Program-made: the position numbers and the translations under genes | In this document: positions 25,046-31,596 of the stretch, piece by piece | Layout of the letters: each line of letters begins with the position of its first letter | Numbering within the stretch: the stretch's first letter is position 1 | DNA from: Spirochaetaceae bacterium | GTDB lineage: Bacteria > Spirochaetota > Spirochaetia > Treponematales > Breznakiellaceae | Assembly: GCA_031258335.1 (NCBI GenBank) | Contig: JAIRMY010000145.1 | Span: 1 to 31,596 of the forward strand | Reading direction: 5' to 3' | DNA length: 31,596 bases | Notes under the pieces: generated by a model | Database searches by the model: none | What the model was told of the DNA's origin: nothing | Seen by the model: only the letters and a program-made list of their open reading frames with translations

Positions 25046-25921
25046 TTAGCGGTTAAATTTCAGGCATTGAAATAGCGGCGCCGCCGCCTTTATCATCACA
25101 ACATCGCCGAAACCAAGCGGTTTTGCAAGTTTGTCGAACAGCGTCTTCACAGGGCGCGGCGCGGAACCCGCCGCAAGGCCGCCCCATGTAACGGTTTTTT
25201 CGATATGAAAGCCCTCCTCGCGAAGCAGGCGGGAGATGGTTTTCACGGAAAATAGATACAGGTGGTCAAAAATAGCCGAGCGCCATTTATTGGCATAGAG
25301 ACGCGCCTGAAAACCGGTGCAGTTAGGCGTGGTAAGGAGGAGATGTCCACGCGGTGTCAGTATGCGTCGCGTTTCCGCAAGAAAGGAGTGCGGGCGGCGC
25401 AGATGTTCTATGAGGTGAGAGGCTATGATCACGGAAAAGCTACCGGTAGGGAATTGATTTTCTTCGAGCGGACGCTCGTGAATAGTCAAGCCGCGCTCAC
25501 GCCGGGCGTATTCCGCCTGTTTTCCGTTAATCTCTACGCCTTCCGCCCGCCAGCCCCGCCCGGCTAGATAGCCGAGCAGCGCTCCGGTAGCGCAGCCTAT
25601 ATCGAGAACGCGGCGTTCTTCCGGCCTCAAGCCTTCCTCAATCGCGTAAAAACCGGCATCCGCCAGCGCAAGCAGTCCCAGGTTGAAAAAAGCCTTTTCA
25701 TTTTCAAGTTCGTATTCAAAGTAATCCGCCCCGCTGTACCGCCTCTTTACCGCCGCCTCGTCGGGCTGGGGATTCATCTGTACAAGAGAACAGCGTTTGC
25801 AACGGACATAAGCAAAGCCGGCGCAACGGAGATACGGAACAAAATCCTCACCGTCGCACAAGGCGCAGGGTATTTTGAGCCGCGCCTCGTCTTGAACCGG
25901 GGTTGACCATGTTTTATACAT
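25046..25921 (-). CDS. Class I SAM-dependent methyltransferase with N-terminal CxxC...CxxC motif
   Basis: PCALC...RCKRCSLVQMNP, VLDIGCATG (SAM motif I), SHLIEHL, LLLTTPN and DHLYLFS. Confidence 0.9.
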   Translation of the reverse strand: MYKTWSTPVQDEARLKIPCALCDGEDFVPYLRCAGFAYVRCKRCSLVQMNPQPDEAAVKRRYSGADYFEYELENEKAFFNLGLLALADAGFYAIEEGLRPEERRVLDIGCATGALLGYLAGRGWRAEGVEINGKQAEYARRERGLTIHERPLEENQFPTGSFSVIIASHLIEHLRRPHSFLAETRRILTPRGHLLLTTPNCTGFQARLYANKWRSAIFDHLYLFSVKTISRLLREEGFHIEKTVTWGGLAAGSAPRPVKTLFDKLAKPLGFGDVVMIKAAAPLFQCLKFNR

Positions 25922-25935
25922 TTAATAAGACTGTT

Positions 25936-25975
25936 GAGCCGGTTTCAAAACCCTGTTGGGGTTTTTCACCGGCTC
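25936..25975 (-). terminator. Stem-loop downstream of gap (probable terminator or REP-like)
   Basis: gagccggt/accggctc outer stem plus aaaaccc/gggtttt inner stem. Confidence 0.55.
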
Positions 25976-25984
25976 TTGTAGTTT

Positions 25985-27115
<1,131 letters not shown>

Positions 27116-27135
27116 CTAATATACAAACAGGTGTT

Positions 27136-27711
27136 TTACGAAAAAACTTCGGCGGTAAATGTATACAGGCGCGCACCGTCCGCCCTGTACGATTCGGGCG
27201 GGAGTCCGGCTTTTTCACAGATATGGTAAAGGTATTGCTCCCTGTTCCAGCCTTGTTCGACGGGAACTTGGGGAAGAAACACGCCAGCCCTGCCCCTATG
27301 AACGAGATACAGGCCGTGTACGCCGATCTCCACGGAGGCGGGATCGTTACAGAGTTCCATCGGGGAAAGCACGGAGATTTCTATATCGCAGCGCTGCCAT
27401 TCATCCTTTGTAAGCGGCGGAAAACGCGGATCGCCGAAAGCCGCCTGTATCGCCATGATGCGGACAGTTTTTTCCAGAGTATCATCGGAAGTCATTCTTC
27501 CTATGCAGCCACGCAGCCTTTGCGCCTCCCCGCATCTTTCATGCAGCGTAACAAACGCGCCGCGCTTTTGCAAAAGCGGGGAATCTTTACTCGGCGGCGC
27601 CGCGCCCGCACGTTCATAACGAGGTTCCCGCTTCTCTAATTTTGCGAGAATTGTTTCCCGTGCATAGTAAAGCAACATATTTTTTTCATCGTCTGTAATG
27701 ATAAATTTCAA
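27136..27711 (-). CDS. amrA: AMMECR1-domain protein (AmmeMemoRadiSam protein A)
   Basis: RGAFVTL, LRGCIG, AAFGDPRFPPL, EISVLSP, GVHGL, GVFLPQVPVEQGW and CEKAGL. TTG start. Confidence 0.92.
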   Translation of the reverse strand: MKFIITDDEKNMLLYYARETILAKLEKREPRYERAGAAPPSKDSPLLQKRGAFVTLHERCGEAQRLRGCIGRMTSDDTLEKTVRIMAIQAAFGDPRFPPLTKDEWQRCDIEISVLSPMELCNDPASVEIGVHGLYLVHRGRAGVFLPQVPVEQGWNREQYLYHICEKAGLPPESYRADGARLYTFTAEVFS

Positions 27712-27779
27712 TTTACGTTACCCCCGTGGTTTTAACTTTTGAATAATCACGCTGGAAAAGGTAATGCAGAGACGCATTC

Positions 27780-27808
27780 GCGTATACCTGCCTCCGGCAG
27801 GTATACGC
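27780..27808. terminator. Perfect 13-bp hairpin just after the HigA-like gene
   Basis: gcgtatacctgcc-tcc-ggcaggtatacgc. There is no clear U-tract, so it may be a stabiliser or REP rather than an intrinsic terminator. Confidence 0.5.
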
Positions 27809-27813
27809 CCCTG

Positions 27814-28311
27814 TTAGTCGGACTCGCTTTCTGAAGAAAAAATTGAATCGTTAGACTGCGAGTCCGGTTTTTTGCCGGGTTTGCGTCCCCGTTTTTTGGC
27901 GGGGGTGGTGGAAACGGCATCCGCCGCCGGTTTTTTGCCGGGTTTGGGTCCCGGCTTTTTTGGCGCGGCGGCGGATGTTTTTGCCGAGCCTTGACCTTTA
28001 GGTTCTTTGACGGCCTTCTTCAGTTCCTTGATGCGTTGCTGAAGTTCCACGTTCGCTTTTGCTTCGGCAAGCGCGGCTTTTTTCTGGAGGTCAATCCAGA
28101 AATCAGCGGTGGTACCGAATTTTTTTGCGAGAAGCAGGGCGATCTCAATTGAGATTCTCTTTGAACCGTCAAGAATCTTTTTGAATGTTGTCGCATTCTG
28201 CCCAATATCAACGGCCAATCCGCTTACAGACAGATTGAATTCCTTGATATACTTTTCCAAAACCGCCCCCGGCGTTTTGCCTGAGACCTTTCCTGTTGAG
28301 GCCTTTGCCAT
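27814..28311 (-). CDS. HigA-family Xre HTH protein with Lys/Pro-rich repeat tail
   Basis: TPGAVL...LA..IG......ILDGSKRISIEIALLLAKKFGTTADFWIDLQ is HigA/VapI-like. The tail contains PKKPGPKPGKKP and PAKKRGRKPGKKP. Confidence 0.8.
   Translation of the reverse strand: MAKASTGKVSGKTPGAVLEKYIKEFNLSVSGLAVDIGQNATTFKKILDGSKRISIEIALLLAKKFGTTADFWIDLQKKAALAEAKANVELQQRIKELKKAVKEPKGQGSAKTSAAAPKKPGPKPGKKPAADAVSTTPAKKRGRKPGKKPDSQSNDSIFSSESESD
27864..27946. repeat. 20-bp exact direct repeat, 63-bp period, in the HigA-like tail
   Basis: ccggttttttgccgggtttg at 27864-27883 and 27927-27946. Confidence 0.9.
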
Positions 28312-28384
28312 AAGTTACATCTCCTTGTAAAAAATAATTTTTGATTTGTCATGGAATACATCCTGACATCTCTATTTAATAAAT

Positions 28385-28414
28385 ATGATAGCATTGATTA
28401 AAAAATAATAGCAA
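28385..28414 (-). promoter_or_regulatory. Possible sigma70 promoter for the HigA-like gene
   Basis: Minus strand TTGCTA, 18 nt, TATCAT in a very AT-rich gap where chance matches are likely. Confidence 0.3.
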
Positions 28415-28570
28415 GCATTTTTATTTGTTTTTTACAATATTTTATAAAAAATTCCCAAAAATCCATACACATTTGTTTACAATAATCAGCGTAAACTCCG
28501 CCGCCGCCAGATGGGAGCCGGCGCCGGCAAATCGTGTTTAAGGTTGATACCGGAACAAAATGCGGCTATG

Positions 28571-29335
28571 TCATTTTTTATAGCGTATATATATCTGTTT
28601 ACTCCCATTGTTTTGGGTTACTTCTTCGATTTCAAAATCAGGAAGTGAACGGAAAAGATCCCCAAGTTTCTTGAAACCGTAATTGCGCGGGTCGAATTCA
28701 CTTGAACGGTTTGCGATTTTCTGCCCTACGCTTCCAAGATACGCGCGTCCCGACTCATCCGCAAGGTCTTCAACCGCGTCCCGTAGCAGTTTTACAAGGC
28801 GTTTATCAACCTTAAAATCCTTCCGTGTTTTTGCCGCCGGTTTTCCTTCATCGTCATCCGTCTGAGCATCGCGGAGTATTTCCGTGTATATAAACTTATC
28901 GCAGACGGCGACAAACGCGCGCGGCGTCTTCTTTTCGCCAAACCCGTATACTTTAAGGCCGCTTTCGCGCAGGCGCGCGGCGAGGCGCGTAAAATCCGAA
29001 TCGCTGGATACGATGCAAAAACCGTCGAGTTTGCCGCTGTAAAGCAGATCCATCGCATCAATGATCATCGCGCTGTCGGTAGCGTTTTTCCCGCTCGTAT
29101 ACGAAAACTGTTGTATAGGTTGTATCGCGTGATCAAGAAGTTTTTCTTTCCATGAACGCAGATGCGAGTTCGTCCAGTCTCCGTATATGCGTTTTATGCT
29201 CGCGCTTCCATACTTAGCGACCTCGTCAAGAAGCCCCTCAATATTAACGGACTGGGCATTGTCCGCATCGATAAGAACGGCAAGTTTCGCCTGATTAAGC
29301 GAATTTTCAACCGCTGAAAATGGTAATAATGGCAT
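28571..29335 (-). CDS. NYN (LabA/DUF88, PIN-fold) domain protein with C-terminal OST-HTH/LOTUS domain
   Basis: LIDADN, YGDW, GKNATDSAMIIDAMD, SSDSDF and VCDKFIY. C-terminus LGSVGQKI...FDPRNYGFKKLGDL. Confidence 0.92.
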   Translation of the reverse strand: MPLLPFSAVENSLNQAKLAVLIDADNAQSVNIEGLLDEVAKYGSASIKRIYGDWTNSHLRSWKEKLLDHAIQPIQQFSYTSGKNATDSAMIIDAMDLLYSGKLDGFCIVSSDSDFTRLAARLRESGLKVYGFGEKKTPRAFVAVCDKFIYTEILRDAQTDDDEGKPAAKTRKDFKVDKRLVKLLRDAVEDLADESGRAYLGSVGQKIANRSSEFDPRNYGFKKLGDLFRSLPDFEIEEVTQNNGSKQIYIRYKK

Positions 29336-29365
29336 AATTTCTCCTACTATATAATTTAATTCCCG

Positions 29366-31465
29366 TTAATTTGAAAAAATTGACTGCTTTATACGGCGGA
29401 TTACACGTATTTTTCCCATGGGAATCTTTACGCAATCCGGTGATACGGCATAACCATCCAATTCGTAGCCGTCGGGCAGTTTGAGCGATAAAGTTAATTC
29501 ATCCTCCGCTTTTTCCAACGCAAGCGGCGCGCCTCTTATACATTTTTCTGCCCCGCTCAGATTCTCTACGATAATTTCAAGCGTTTCATTTGAAATTATC
29601 GCCTGTTTTACAAGGGCAAGTTTTCCGTGATAATCAAGTCCGTGAGCCTCGCGTTTTTCGTACCGTATGAAAGCCCCGTTTAACTGCCGCTCTGAAATTA
29701 TCAAGCGCCGTTCTATGCGTGCGGCAAGTTCTTCCCGTTCCATTTGAGAAGGCTTTAGCTCATTAAGCGCCGCGCGGAAATGTTTCTTGCGTTTTTCGGC
29801 GCGCCTGTAAACATCGCCGCGGGCAGACTCCCCCGCGGAGCGCGGCGTGGGAATCCGTCCCCTGAATTTTCCCGCCAGTGACTCCGTCTGCGGCGTGATA
29901 GAATCAAAAAAAGGAAAAGTCCTTTTTTGGATAGCGTGTTTTGCCATTGCGCGTGGTTCGGATATTATATCGACTCCGGCATTTTTTAACATCGCCGCCG
30001 CCTCGTCCCTGTCGGCAATATCAAGCAGAAACACGCCAGGTGAAGGGGAAAAAGCGATATGCGAAGCAAATGGTTCTGTTTGCGCTATATAACGCCGTCC
30101 CTCAGACAATACAATGCTCACTCCCTCAATAATAACAACTTCAGAGTGTCTTTTTTGCCATTCGTCAAGAGTCTCCCTCAAACACGTGTCCGTGCGCCCC
30201 GAAGAAAGTTCCGTCAAAAGTTCAAACATCGCCCCGCTGTCCACGCCGTTGTTAAAACCACGCGCGGCGGATTCCCGCGTAACGCTGAATTGTACTGATG
30301 TCTTTGCATCGTCAACTTCACAAAAAGCGGCGAGCGCAGCCGCGCCGGTGAACGATATTTCCGGCAAAAGAATAAATGAAAAAACAGAATTGAACGCTAT
30401 TACCCCCGTGTTACTGCCGCAGGGAATAACGCCGTCGTCTCCGGTACGGTCTATATTTCGTCTCCGGTATCCGTCCTGTACTTTTAATAACAATCCCGTT
30501 TTTTCAAGCGCCGCTATCAAAACGGCGGATTTCAGTGGCTCATCCGCCGCGGTAGTATTTTCCGGGTATTCCGCTGCCGTTATCATAATAATCCTCCTTA
30601 ACGCCGTGACAGGATAGCATTTATCCGCAACAAGCAGATTTAAGAGCGCGGCGGCGGCGGCAGCTATACGCCGTATAAATCTTTTTTGAGGAAGCAGCGC
30701 GCCGCCCGCGACTGTAAGGCTGATATAAACGCCCGCGGCGCAGTACGCGAAACGTTCAAACTCCGTTAAAGCGGCAAAGTCCTGAAATTTTTGCCCTGTA
30801 TAATCAAACGGCGCTTCCGTCAGAATGCCTATATGCCGCAAGGCCGCCGCAAAAACATCCGCGCCAGGCGGAAATATTTTTTGAATCCTTTGCATCAGAT
30901 TCTTTCGCGGGGTTCCATCGCTCTTTAATACAACCCTCTCCGGCGCGATAAACGTTAAAAAAGCCGCCAAAAATATGTCGTTAAAAACACCCGTACCGGG
31001 ACCGGAACATTCCGCGGTATACGGAAACAGGACGGCGCTGTCCGCCGCGAAAGGGAGGAGTATTTTTTTAAAAAGCGGGTTAAGCGAAAGGCGGTTCTTC
31101 CCGCCTTCCTTTACCACGTAAACTATCAGGCGTTCCTCAAGGTTGATCAAAAGCGAGTCCAGTTCCGCATACGTGTATTCCCCGCTGAAAAACGCCGTCA
31201 AATCGCCGCGGCACGGTTCATTAAGCGCTGCAATGGCGGCAATTACCTTATGATCATCGCCGTCAATATACGCGGAAACCGTTTTTTTTATATCTTTGTC
31301 CGCAAGAAAAGCCGAAAGTTCATCCAGCAGCCGCTGTTTATTGAACGGCGATCGTATGTTCCCCAAAATACTGCGCACAAGGTCAAAAAATCGCGTATCA
31401 GGCAACGTTATCAAGGACGTTTTCCATTGTTCTACGGAGCGAAACGCTGTATTTGAAGAATCCAT
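29366..31465 (-). CDS. XPB-type helicase-associated domain protein (Helicase_C_3-like), without its own ATPase motifs
   Basis: N-terminus DTRFFDLVRSILGNIRSPFNKQRL...; FSVTRESAARGFNNG...ELLTELS......LRETLDEW resembles the XPB N-terminal associated domain; C-terminal ARIERRLII and GLDYHGK. No Walker A motif seen. Confidence 0.65.
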   Translation of the reverse strand: MDSSNTAFRSVEQWKTSLITLPDTRFFDLVRSILGNIRSPFNKQRLLDELSAFLADKDIKKTVSAYIDGDDHKVIAAIAALNEPCRGDLTAFFSGEYTYAELDSLLINLEERLIVYVVKEGGKNRLSLNPLFKKILLPFAADSAVLFPYTAECSGPGTGVFNDIFLAAFLTFIAPERVVLKSDGTPRKNLMQRIQKIFPPGADVFAAALRHIGILTEAPFDYTGQKFQDFAALTEFERFAYCAAGVYISLTVAGGALLPQKRFIRRIAAAAAALLNLLVADKCYPVTALRRIIMITAAEYPENTTAADEPLKSAVLIAALEKTGLLLKVQDGYRRRNIDRTGDDGVIPCGSNTGVIAFNSVFSFILLPEISFTGAAALAAFCEVDDAKTSVQFSVTRESAARGFNNGVDSGAMFELLTELSSGRTDTCLRETLDEWQKRHSEVVIIEGVSIVLSEGRRYIAQTEPFASHIAFSPSPGVFLLDIADRDEAAAMLKNAGVDIISEPRAMAKHAIQKRTFPFFDSITPQTESLAGKFRGRIPTPRSAGESARGDVYRRAEKRKKHFRAALNELKPSQMEREELAARIERRLIISERQLNGAFIRYEKREAHGLDYHGKLALVKQAIISNETLEIIVENLSGAEKCIRGAPLALEKAEDELTLSLKLPDGYELDGYAVSPDCVKIPMGKIRVIRRIKQSIFSN

Positions 31466-31523
31466 TTGCCATTATTTATACTAAAAATAACAAACTTATT
31501 AAAGGGGGACAAACGCCGCTTCG

Positions 31524-31551
31524 TTGACAATATTTCGAATATCGCTATAAT
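31524..31551 (+). promoter_or_regulatory. Consensus sigma70 promoter firing out of the window
   Basis: TTGACA (31524-31529), 16 nt, TATAAT (31546-31551). Confidence 0.7.
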
Positions 31552-31596
31552 ATAACTATCTCTAAAAGCGTGGATGCGTTTCAGGGATACCGTTTT

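Noticed and set aside
27136-27711. AMMECR1 gene without MEMO or radical-SAM partners
   Set aside because: Stand-alone copies are common and the partners may lie elsewhere in the genome.
28312-28570. HigB toxin upstream of the HigA-like gene
   Set aside because: The region is very AT-rich with no ORF of toxin size or motif.

Overview
Gene-dense window that looks like a Treponema-type spirochete chromosome (inferred from the spirochete-style GAPDH with insertions, 'FAxGxKD' signal peptides and conserved treponemal hypotheticals; not database-verified). Left arm, minus strand: D,D-carboxypeptidase, atypical response regulator, bactofilin, argH, and the start of a probable (2Fe-2S) CoxS/XdhC-type subunit cut by the window edge. 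Centre, plus strand: a membrane-anchored hypothetical, a secreted SRPBCC-like protein abutting larE-larC-larB (nickel-pincer cofactor synthesis, no larA in view), then a 9-gene ynj-like operon (exported rhodanese, flippase-like protein, TVP38/DedA protein, C-GCAxxG-C-C protein, CDP-alcohol phosphotransferase, YnjB-type ABC importer), then a MacB/FtsX-type ABC pair, an ECF sigma factor and a threonine-synthase-family enzyme. Right arm: a CjaA-like (cysteine-type) ABC importer, a Cys-rich anti-sigma-like protein, a truncated DUF5615 PIN remnant next to two small interrupted-palindrome elements, a methyltransferase, gap, AMMECR1, an orphan HigA-like HTH with a basic repeat tail, an NYN-LOTUS protein and an XPB-associated helicase-domain protein. 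No rRNA, tRNA, CRISPR array or intact transposase was seen. The best candidate for an undescribed system is the larECB plus ynj-like sulfur/lipid cluster. All family calls come from motif recognition by eye, and no searches were run.
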